Source: Candidatus Profftella armatura (GTDB lineage: Bacteria > Pseudomonadota > Gammaproteobacteria > Burkholderiales > Burkholderiaceae). Taken from it: DNA of 32,000 nt. Below, one piece after another: positions 10,833 through 18,836 of the stretch. A program made the position numbers and the translations under genes. The notes under the pieces are model-generated. The model was given only the letters and a program-made list of their open reading frames with translations. It was not told where the DNA came from and did not search any database. How positions within the stretch are numbered: the first letter of the stretch is position 1; each line of letters opens with the position of its first letter. The stretch spans positions 180,001-212,000 of the forward strand of contig NC_021885.1 in the NCBI RefSeq assembly GCF_000441555.1, in the 5' to 3' direction.

Positions 10833-10905
10833 GCCTGCGTAGCTCAGTGGATAGAGCAATCCTCTCCTAAGGGATGCGTCATACGTTCGATTCGTATCGT
10901 GGGCA
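10833..10905 (+). tRNA. tRNA-Arg (anticodon CCU); CCA not encoded
   Basis: 73 nt. Acceptor GCCTGCG/CGTGGGC (two G-U pairs), D-arm GCTC-AGTGGATA-GAGC, anticodon arm ATCCT-CTCCTAA-GGGAT, variable loop GCGTC, T-arm ATACG-TTCGATT-CGTAT, discriminator A. Confidence 0.9.
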
Positions 10906-10978
10906 TTAAATTTAAATTAAAATATATTTTTGTTTAAAATAAAAAAATAATTACTAAAATTTATGTAAGGATAAATTT

Positions 10979-11251
10979 TTAAGAAATAAAATTTAATTCT
11001 TTAATAACTTTATATAATTTTCTTTTTTGACGAGCCGCTTTATTTCTATGAATTATTTTTTTGTTAGCAACAATATCAATTTTTGATATTGCTTTTTTAT
11101 AAGAAATTAATATAATTTCTTTATTTCCGCTTTCAATAGATTTTCGTACATTTTTTATGGCAGTTCGATAAGAAGAGCGTTGACTAGAATTATGAATATT
11201 TTTTTTTATTGATTGACGTACACGTTTTTTTGCTTGTGAGGTATTTGCCAT
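10979..11251 (-). CDS. rpsT: 30S ribosomal protein S20
   Basis: 90-aa basic ORF starting MANTSQAKKRVRQSIKKNIHNSSQRSSYRTAIKNV, the typical S20 N-terminus. Divergent from murJ, as in many Proteobacteria. Confidence 0.95.
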   Translation of the reverse strand: MANTSQAKKRVRQSIKKNIHNSSQRSSYRTAIKNVRKSIESGNKEIILISYKKAISKIDIVANKKIIHRNKAARQKRKLYKVIKELNFIS

Positions 11252-11421
11252 AATTATCCTAATAAAATATTAAAAAATAAAAAATTACAAAATTATATAT
11301 CAAATAATTATAAAATTATTAATATGCAATTTTTTGTTTTTAAAAAGAATAATCATTAAATATGTTAATATAATTTAAAAATTATTTTATTTATAATAAA
11401 ATATATTTTAATTAATTTAAA

Positions 11422-11475
11422 TTAGAAATTATAATTATATTTAATAGGTTAGAAATTATAATTATATTTAATAGG
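11422..11475. repeat. Perfect tandem duplication, 2 x 27 bp, ending 6 nt before the murJ ATG
   Basis: TTAGAAATTATAATTATATTTAATAGG occurs at 11422-11448 and again, identically, at 11449-11475. Each copy carries a TATAAT hexamer (11430-11435 and 11457-11462). The second copy ends in AGG, giving AGGA 5 nt before the ATG at 11482. Confidence 0.95.
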
Positions 11476-11481
11476 ATTTAT

Positions 11482-13038
11482 ATGAGTTTACATAAAACCT
11501 TTATTACCATATCTAGTATAACATTATTTTCTCGTATTACGGGATTATTTCGTGAAATATTATTTGCTCGCGTATTTGGTGCATCAATATATACTGATGC
11601 TTTTAATATAGCTTTTCGTATTCCAAATTTATTACGTAGATTATTTGCTGAAGGTGCATTTTCACAAGCATTTGTACCAATTTTAACTGAATATAAAAAT
11701 AAAAGAGGTAATATCGCTACTAAAAAACTAATTGATCATGTTGCTACTGTACTAATTTGGTTTATGTTTTTTATTTGTGTATTTGGTATTATTATGGCTC
11801 CAATTATTGTTTATTTAGTTGCAACAGGTTTTATTGATAACTATAAAATATTTAACATTACCGTTTCATTAACAAGAATAATGTTTCCATATGTTGGTTT
11901 TATGGCATTTATAACATTAGCAAGTAGTATTCTTAACATTTGGTCTCAATTTAAAATACCAGCTTTTACACCTATATTATTAAATATTTCATGTATTTCC
12001 ATTTTATTATTAATATCTTTTTTTATAAAACAATCAATTTATTTTATGGCATTTGCCGTTGTATTAGGTGGCGCATTACAAATTATCATACAAATTCCTT
12101 CATTAATTAAAATTGGAATGTTCCCTCATATTAAATTAAACCCAAGTCATGGATTTAAAAATATTGCTGTACGTCGTATATTAAAGAAAATGGGTCCATC
12201 AGTATTTTCTGTATTTGCCGCACAAATTAGTTTAATGCTTAATACTAATATTGCTTCTCAAATGAGGGAGGGAAGTCTTTCTTGCTTATCATATGCAGAT
12301 CGTTTAATGGAATTTCCAACTACTTTGCTTGGTGTAACGTTTAATACTATTTTGTTACCTAATCTTTCAAAGGCTAGAATTGAAAATAATACAGAAGAAT
12401 ATTCTGCAATTTTAGATTGGAGTTTACGATTAACTTTTTTATTAGCTGCGCCATGCGCTATTATTTTGATAACATTATCATTGGCTTTAACAGCCACTAT
12501 ATTCCATTACGGAAAATTTAATGCTGAATCAGTAATTATGACTAGTAATGCATTAATAGCATATGGTATTGGTTTAATTGGCTTAGTAATGGTTAAAATA
12601 TTAACTCCATGTTTTTATGCTATACAAGAAATTAAAATTCCTATTATAACTATGATTAGTATATTAATTATTATTCAATTAATAAATTATTTACTAGTTC
12701 CAATTTTTGCTCATTCAGGATTAGCTTTATCAATAGGATTAGGAGCATGTTTACATGCCAGCTTTCTTTATTGGTATTTACGTCATAAACGCATATATAT
12801 TCCATGTGCTGGATGGGGTGTTTTTTTTATAAGATTGGTAATAGCTTTATTATTATTAGTAATAGTTGCATTATGGGGAAATTCTTATTTTAATTGGCTA
12901 GGAATGCAAGCTCATCCTATATTTAGAATTGTAGCTTTATTATTGATTCTTTTGTTTTGTGGAATAACTTATTTTCTTGCTTTAAGAATTATGGGATTTC
13001 GTTTTAAAGAGTTTAAATATTCTAAAAATTTAATTTAA
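11482..13038 (+). CDS. murJ: Lipid II flippase MurJ (MviN)
   Basis: 518-aa polytopic membrane ORF. N-terminus SSITLFSRITGLFREILFARVFGASIYTDAFNIAFRIPNLLRRLFAEGAFSQAFVPIL is the MurJ/MviN signature. Confidence 0.92.
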   Translation: MSLHKTFITISSITLFSRITGLFREILFARVFGASIYTDAFNIAFRIPNLLRRLFAEGAFSQAFVPILTEYKNKRGNIATKKLIDHVATVLIWFMFFICVFGIIMAPIIVYLVATGFIDNYKIFNITVSLTRIMFPYVGFMAFITLASSILNIWSQFKIPAFTPILLNISCISILLLISFFIKQSIYFMAFAVVLGGALQIIIQIPSLIKIGMFPHIKLNPSHGFKNIAVRRILKKMGPSVFSVFAAQISLMLNTNIASQMREGSLSCLSYADRLMEFPTTLLGVTFNTILLPNLSKARIENNTEEYSAILDWSLRLTFLLAAPCAIILITLSLALTATIFHYGKFNAESVIMTSNALIAYGIGLIGLVMVKILTPCFYAIQEIKIPIITMISILIIIQLINYLLVPIFAHSGLALSIGLGACLHASFLYWYLRHKRIYIPCAGWGVFFIRLVIALLLLVIVALWGNSYFNWLGMQAHPIFRIVALLLILLFCGITYFLALRIMGFRFKEFKYSKNLI

Positions 13039-13103
13039 ATTAAATTTTTTAAAAAATTTTATTAAATCAATAATAATCATACTTTTAAAGCTTATAAATT
13101 TAA

Positions 13104-14045
13104 ATGATACAAAAAATAAAAAACCAACAACACAAAACAGTTTTTTTAAATGAAGCGATAAATTGGTTAAATATTGAAAATGAACGTATCAATGGAATTT
13201 ACATAGATGCAACATTTGGACAAGGGGGGCATTCTTGTAAAATTCTTGAGCGATTAGGAAAAAAAGGACGTTTAATTGCTATTGATAAAGATACAGAATC
13301 AGTTTCTTTAGGAAATAAAATTACTGATTCTCGTTTTTCAATTATACATAATTGTTTTACTGAATTAGATATAATTTTAAAAAAATATAATATTAAAAAA
13401 ATAGATGGAATATTATTTGATTTAGGTATTTCATCTAATCAAATTAATAATGAATTACGCGGATTTAGTTTCTTATTAGATGGACCATTAGATATGAGAA
13501 TGGATATTACGAGGGGTATATCGGCCTCAAAATGGTTAGCTAACGCAACAGAATTTAATATTAAAAAAGTAATACAAGATTATGGAGAAGAACGATTTGC
13601 TAAAAAAATTGCAAAAGAAATTGTTCATTATCGATCTATTACTCCTATTACAAGAACAAAACAATTAGTTGAAATTATATTAAAATCTATTAGAGGAAAT
13701 AAAAGATACAAAAATCCAGCGACCAGAACATTTCAGGCTATACGAATTTATATTAATCAAGAACTGAAAAATCTTTCAATAGCATTAAAAATAGGGTTTA
13801 AAAAATTAAATATAAAAGGAAGAATTGTAGTAATTAGTTTTCATTCTTTAGAGGATAGAATTGTTAAAAATTTTATAAATTTTAATACTAAAATTCCTCA
13901 TATAGATCGTCGTTTACCTATCTATAATTATTTATTTGAACCAAAAATGAAATTTTTGGCGCGCTGCAAACCAAGTAATATTGATATTAAAAAAAATTTT
14001 AGTTCTCGATCTGCGATTATGAGAGTTTTTGAAAAAATATCCTAA
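13104..14045 (+). CDS. rsmH: 16S rRNA (cytosine1402-N4)-methyltransferase RsmH (MraW)
   Basis: 313-aa ORF. Contains HKTVFLNEAINWL...GIYIDATFGQGGHSCKIL, DGILFDLGISSNQ, GPLDMRMD, FHSLEDRIVKNF and PSNIDIKKNFSSRSAIMRVFEK. Collinear with RsmH. Confidence 0.92.
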   Translation: MIQKIKNQQHKTVFLNEAINWLNIENERINGIYIDATFGQGGHSCKILERLGKKGRLIAIDKDTESVSLGNKITDSRFSIIHNCFTELDIILKKYNIKKIDGILFDLGISSNQINNELRGFSFLLDGPLDMRMDITRGISASKWLANATEFNIKKVIQDYGEERFAKKIAKEIVHYRSITPITRTKQLVEIILKSIRGNKRYKNPATRTFQAIRIYINQELKNLSIALKIGFKKLNIKGRIVVISFHSLEDRIVKNFINFNTKIPHIDRRLPIYNYLFEPKMKFLARCKPSNIDIKKNFSSRSAIMRVFEKIS

Positions 14046-14117
14046 TAAAATAATTAAAATTGATTATGTTTTTAACAATTAATACTTTAAATTTAATAAT
14101 AGAATTATTATATTAAA

Positions 14118-14957
14118 TTGATTATGTATAAATTATTTAAGCAATTAAAAATATGTTCTAAATCATTATTTTTAAGACGTGAAATTGCATTAAGAATGCA
14201 CGAAAAATTAAATTTAATCAAATTAAACCCAAAAAATATTTTGGATGCTGGTTGTGGAGAGGGATTTGATATTTTTTTACTAAAAAAACGTTTTGTAGAT
14301 TCTAATATCATAGGATTAGATCAATGTATACAAATGTTAAAATTATCTAAAAAAAATATTATTAATAACTTAATGTTTAAAAAATTACTATATCATTCAT
14401 TTTTTAATATTTATTTAGTTTCCGGAAATTTTTTAAAATTACCATTTTATTCTAACATTTTTAATGTTATTTGGTGCAATTTATCTATATTCTGGAATCT
14501 TCAATTAAAAAAAATTTTTTATGAATGGTTTCGGGTAACAAAAAATAATGGTTTAATTATATTTTCTTGTTTTGGTTTAAATACATTAAAAGAGTTAAAT
14601 TCTATTCTTTTAAAAGAAAAATTAAAATATAATATATCACCATTATTACCATTAGTAGATATATATAATTTAGGAAATATTCTTATAGACATAGGTTTTA
14701 TAGACCTTGTTATTGATATAGAAAAAATTGTAGTTACTTATACTTCTCCTCAAAAAATGTTAATAGATATTCAATCATTAGGGGGGGATTTGTTTAAAAT
14801 ATATAATAAAAACTTTTTTTCAAAAAATTTTTATCATAAAATTATTAAAAAATTATTAATAAAATATTTAAATTTAAATAAAAAAATTTCATTAACATAC
14901 GAAGTAATATTTATTCATGCTTTTAAACCAAAAAAAATAAAAAAAATATTTTTATAA
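14118..14957 (+). CDS. bioC: Class I SAM-dependent methyltransferase, BioC-like (putative malonyl-ACP O-methyltransferase)
   Basis: 279-aa ORF. SAM motif I is ILDAGCGEGFD. FNVIWCNLSIFWNLQLKKIFYEWFRVTKNNGLIIFSCFGLNTLKEL parallels E. coli BioC FDLAWSNLAVQWCGNL...[24 protein letters not shown]. The C-terminal ISLTYEVIFIHAFKPK parallels YPLTYHLFLGVIARE. The alignment is from memory, so the symbol is tentative. Confidence 0.55.
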   Translation: MIMYKLFKQLKICSKSLFLRREIALRMHEKLNLIKLNPKNILDAGCGEGFDIFLLKKRFVDSNIIGLDQCIQMLKLSKKNIINNLMFKKLLYHSFFNIYLVSGNFLKLPFYSNIFNVIWCNLSIFWNLQLKKIFYEWFRVTKNNGLIIFSCFGLNTLKELNSILLKEKLKYNISPLLPLVDIYNLGNILIDIGFIDLVIDIEKIVVTYTSPQKMLIDIQSLGGDLFKIYNKNFFSKNFYHKIIKKLLIKYLNLNKKISLTYEVIFIHAFKPKKIKKIFL

Positions 14958-14961
14958 AAAA

Positions 14962-15303
14962 TTGCATTTTTATAAAATAGTTCAAAATCATATTTCCTCT
15001 ATTTCTTTATATGAAGATAAAGAAATAAAAATGATTAAAGATATTTATTCAGTAGAACCAATGCATTTATTAATTATCCCAAAAGAACATATAGAAAAAT
15101 TAACGAATTGTAATAATAAACATATTATGTTACTTGTGAAAATAATTCTTTTAGTTTCAGATATGGCAAATAAATATGGATTTGGGTATAAAATTTCTTC
15201 TAATGGGAATTAAGTGGGTGGTTATAAAGTTATTTACAATACTGGGTCGAATGCTTGGCAAGAGATATATTATTTATATTTTCATGTATTAAGTAGATTT
15301 AAA
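14962..15303 (+). pseudogene. HIT-family (HinT-like) gene relic, with an in-frame TAA at 15211-15213, a degenerate histidine triad and no stop of its own before the next gene
   Basis: TTG-started frame reads HFYKIVQNHISSISLYEDKEIKMIKDIYSVEPMHLLIIPKEHIEKL...ANKYGFGYKISSNGN, then TAA, then VGGYKVIYNTGSNAWQEIYYLYFHVLSRFK. It is collinear with HinT, but the triad H-x-H-x-H-x-x reads Y-L-Y-F-H-V-L. The frame runs straight into the ATG at 15304. Confidence 0.6.
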
Positions 15304-16077
15304 ATGATAAATAGAGATATATTAACTAAATTTTTAGAAAAAAAATTAAATATTAAAAAATATGAAGATTATTGTCCAAATGGTTTACAAGTTGAAGGTA
15401 GATCAAATATAAATGTTATTGTTACTGGAGTAACAGCAAGCCTAGATTTAATCAAAACAGCAGTTGATATGAATGCAGATGCAATTTTAGTACATCATGG
15501 ATATTTTTGGAAGGGAGAAAATTCTAACATTGTTGGTATAAAAAAAAAAAGATTAGAGCAATTAATAATAAATAAAATAAACTTATATGCTTATCATTTA
15601 CCATTAGATATGCATCCTAAATTAGGAAATAATGCACAATTAGCAAAAATATTAAATTTTTCTTGTACAAGAAGATTTTCTAAAAATAATATAGGATGGA
15701 TAGGAAAAATTATAAATTTAAAACGTTATAATTTTAAAAAAATTATAACTATAAAAGATTTATTTCATCATATTACAAGAAAAATAGGAAAAAAACCAAT
15801 AGTTATTGGAGATTTAAATAAAAAAATATATGAAATTGGATGGTGCACTGGGGCGGCACAAAATTTATTAACAGATGCAATTAATGAAGGAGTTACTGCT
15901 TATATTAGCGGAGAAATTTCAGAATCAACTGTATATATTTCTCGTGAAAGTGGTGTGGCCTATTTTGCCGCTGGACACCACGCAACAGAAAGATATGGTA
16001 TTAAAGCTTTGGGGGAATATTTAGAAAAAAAATTTAAAATAAATCATTATTTTATCGATATTGATAACATAATTTAG
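15304..16077 (+). CDS. ybgI: Nif3-family dinuclear metal-centre protein (YbgI / GTP cyclohydrolase 1 type 2 homologue)
   Basis: The ORF track begins at GTG 15214, but its first 30 codons are the HIT C-terminus. From ATG 15304 it reads MINRDILTKFLEKKLNIKKYEDYCPNGLQVEGRSNINVIVTGVTASLDLIKTAVDMNADAILVHHGYFWKGE...AGHHATERYGI, which is collinear with Nif3/YbgI. Confidence 0.85.
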   Translation: MINRDILTKFLEKKLNIKKYEDYCPNGLQVEGRSNINVIVTGVTASLDLIKTAVDMNADAILVHHGYFWKGENSNIVGIKKKRLEQLIINKINLYAYHLPLDMHPKLGNNAQLAKILNFSCTRRFSKNNIGWIGKIINLKRYNFKKIITIKDLFHHITRKIGKKPIVIGDLNKKIYEIGWCTGAAQNLLTDAINEGVTAYISGEISESTVYISRESGVAYFAAGHHATERYGIKALGEYLEKKFKINHYFIDIDNII

Positions 16078-17406
16078 TTATAATACATACCGTGACAAAT
16101 CTTCATTTATAGATAAATCTCCTAATCGGGAATTAACATAATCCGCATCAACTAATAATGATATATTATTACTATTAAATGAAACTTCTTCTAATAATTT
16201 TTCCATAGCTGTATATAATCGACGTGCACCTATATTTTCAGTCCTTTCATTAATACAATAAGCAATTTCAGCGAGCCTTTGAATACCATCGTCAACAAAT
16301 TCAATTTTTATTCCTTCAGTAGCTAAAAGTGCTTCATATTGTTTCGTTAAACAAACGTTTGTTGATGTCATAATACGAGTAAAATCTGATATGGATAAAG
16401 AATCTAATTCAACTCTAATTGGAAATCGTCCTTGTAATTCAGGAATTAAATCAGAAGGTTTTGCTAAATGAAATGCACCAGAAGCAATAAAAAGAATATG
16501 ATCTGTTTTAATTATTCCATATTTAGTGTTTACTGTTGTTCCTTCAACTAATGGAAGTAAATCACGTTGCACGCCCGCTCTAGAAATATCAGTATTATTG
16601 TTTTGAGAAGAACGAGTTGTTATTTTATCAATTTCATCTAAAAAAATTATTCCATTTTGTTCAACATTATTAATTGCTTTTTGTTGTATTTCGTCTTCAT
16701 TTAATAATTTATTAGCTTCTTCATCAATTAAAAGTTTTATAGCTTCTCGTATTTTTATTTTACGAGTTTTTTTTCTATGATTTCCTATTACAGAAAACAT
16801 AGTTTTTATTTGAGCGGTCATTTCCTCCATCCCAGGTGGAGACATAATTTCCATGTGAGGTCCTGTATCATTTAACTCAATTTCAATTTCTTTATTATCT
16901 AAGGCGCCTTCTCGTAAACGTTTTCGAAAAATTTGTCGTGTAGAAATATTATTATTTTCATTATTAAAATCTGTGTCTAAATTAGATTTTTCTTTAGATG
17001 GTACTAAAATATCAATCACACGATCTTCTGCTGCATCTTCAGCACGAGTTCGAACCTTATTTATTTCAAATTCTCTGGTTTGTTTAATACTAATATCTAT
17101 TAAATCACGAATAATGGTATCTACATCACGACCCACATAACCAACCTCAGTAAATTTAGTTGCTTCAATTTTAATAAATGGTGCATTAGATAATTTTGCT
17201 AATCTACGCGCAATTTCTGTTTTCCCAACTCCAGTAGGACCAATCATTAAAATATTTTTAGGCGTAATTTCTTGTTGCAATGGCCCAGTAATTTGTTGAC
17301 GTCTCCAACGATTACGTAATGCAATTGCTACTGCTCTTTTCGCGCGATTTTGACCAATTACGTATTTATCAAGTTCAGAAACAATTTCTTTCGGGGTCAT
17401 GTTCAT
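16078..17406 (-). CDS. hslU: ATP-dependent protease ATPase subunit HslU
   Basis: 442-aa ORF. Contains [34 protein letters not shown], the Walker A motif [33 protein letters not shown] and [11 protein letters not shown]. Confidence 0.97.
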   Translation of the reverse strand: MNMTPKEIVSELDKYVIGQNRAKRAVAIALRNRWRRQQITGPLQQEITPKNILMIGPTGVGKTEIARRLAKLSNAPFIKIEATKFTEVGYVGRDVDTIIRDLIDISIKQTREFEINKVRTRAEDAAEDRVIDILVPSKEKSNLDTDFNNENNNISTRQIFRKRLREGALDNKEIEIELNDTGPHMEIMSPPGMEEMTAQIKTMFSVIGNHRKKTRKIKIREAIKLLIDEEANKLLNEDEIQQKAINNVEQNGIIFLDEIDKITTRSSQNNNTDISRAGVQRDLLPLVEGTTVNTKYGIIKTDHILFIASGAFHLAKPSDLIPELQGRFPIRVELDSLSISDFTRIMTSTNVCLTKQYEALLATEGIKIEFVDDGIQRLAEIAYCINERTENIGARRLYTAMEKLLEEVSFNSNNISLLVDADYVNSRLGDLSINEDLSRYVL

Positions 17407-17444
17407 AATATTATTATTTTTATTTAAAATTCAATATGTAAAAT

Positions 17445-17981
17445 TTAATATAATTTTTCTATAATATGTGACTGATTAGTATATATGCATAAATTACCAG
17501 CAATTACCAATGATTTTTTAATAATTTCATCTGGCATTAATTCAGTATTTTCTTGAAGTGCTTTTGCGGCTGATTGCGCAAAAATGCCCCCAGAACCAAT
17601 GGCTCCAATACCATTTTCAGGTTCTAATACATCCCCATTACCTGTAATAATTAACGTAGTTTCACGATTTGCTGTTAATAACATAGCTTCTAAACGACGA
17701 AGAGTGCGATCATTTCGCCATTCTTTAGCTAGTTCAACTGAAGCGCGCATTAGATTACCTTGATGTTTTTCTAAATTTGCCTCAAAAAAATCAAGTAATG
17801 TAAAAGCATCCGCAGTACTCCCGGCAATTCCAGCGAGAACTTGATTTTGATATAATTTTCTTACTTTTTTTGCGGAATTTTTCATAATAACATTGCCGAA
17901 TGTTACTTGCCCATCTCCTCCAAGAGAAACTTTATTTCCCCGTCTTACAGAAAGAATGGTAGTACCTTGAAATTTTTCCAT
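17445..17981 (-). CDS. hslV: ATP-dependent protease peptidase subunit HslV
   Basis: 178-aa ORF. Contains [30 protein letters not shown]...[12 protein letters not shown] and [14 protein letters not shown]. Lies immediately upstream of hslU on the same strand. Confidence 0.97.
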   Translation of the reverse strand: MEKFQGTTILSVRRGNKVSLGGDGQVTFGNVIMKNSAKKVRKLYQNQVLAGIAGSTADAFTLLDFFEANLEKHQGNLMRASVELAKEWRNDRTLRRLEAMLLTANRETTLIITGNGDVLEPENGIGAIGSGGIFAQSAAKALQENTELMPDEIIKKSLVIAGNLCIYTNQSHIIEKLY

Positions 17982-18179
17982 ACCACTATCCTTAAGGTTT
18001 ATTTATATAAAATATTTTTAATTAAAATTTTATAATATAAAATTTTAATTTATAAAATTTAATTCTAAAATTTTAAAAAATTATAATTTTTTATAAAATT
18101 ATGATTTATTATACTAATTACTTTTTATTTAGAAAAGTAATTTTTATAAAAGATGTGTATCTAAAAAAAATTAAAATAT

Positions 18180-18635
18180 TTAATCATTATATAACTTTTT
18201 TTTTAATTCATGCCTTTGTTGAGCTTCTAATGATAAAGTGGCCATAGGTTTAGCTAATAAACGGAGTATACCAATTGGTTCTCCTGTATCCTTACACCAA
18301 CCATATTCTTTTTTATCAATATTTATAATTGATTGTTGTATTTTTATTAATAATTTTCTTTCTCGATCACGAGCACGTAATTCTAGTGTATTTTCTTCTT
18401 CAATAGTTGCGCGATCCGCTGGATCAGGAACTAAAATAGTTTCACGTAAATATTCTGTAGTTTTTACTATATTTTTAAGTAAATCATTTTCAAGTTTTTT
18501 TAAGCGAAATTTAAAAAAAGCAAGCTGTTCTTCATTCATATAATCTTTTTCGCTCATATTTAAAATTTGCTCTTCTGTCAATATTTTTTTTGTGCTTTTT
18601 GTATTTTCTGTGGTAATAAAGGTAAATTTAGTCAC
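18180..18635 (-). CDS. dksA: RNA polymerase-binding transcription factor DksA, one-cysteine type; start uncertain (GTG 18635 or ATG 78 nt downstream)
   Basis: 151-aa ORF. DYMNEEQLAFFKFRLKKLENDL...VPDPADRATIEEENTLELRARDRERKLLIKIQQSI is the coiled-coil with the acidic tip. The C-terminal EYGWCKDTGEPIGILRLLAKPMATLSLEAQQRHE aligns with the DksA zinc-finger region, but only one Cys remains. Confidence 0.9.
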   Translation of the reverse strand: MTKFTFITTENTKSTKKILTEEQILNMSEKDYMNEEQLAFFKFRLKKLENDLLKNIVKTTEYLRETILVPDPADRATIEEENTLELRARDRERKLLIKIQQSIINIDKKEYGWCKDTGEPIGILRLLAKPMATLSLEAQQRHELKKKLYND

Positions 18636-18836
18636 TTTGTTTTATTCTTAAGTTAAAAAAATAGACTATAAATTAATTTATAAAAATTTTTTATAAATAT
18701 AAAATTATATAAAATTACTTTTCATCTAAATAACATACAACTAAAATGATAATAGATAAATTTTAAAAATATAATATTTTAAAAAGTATAAAGTATTATA
18801 ATAATCTTTTTAATAAACTTACAATTTTATTCTAAA

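Noticed and set aside
15214-15303. The GTG 15214 start for the Nif3/YbgI gene, as given by the ORF track (287 aa).
   Set aside because: The first 30 codons (GGYKVIYNTGSNAWQEIYYLYFHVLSRFK) are homologous to the C-terminus of HIT proteins, not to Nif3. The Nif3 homology begins at the ATG at 15304.
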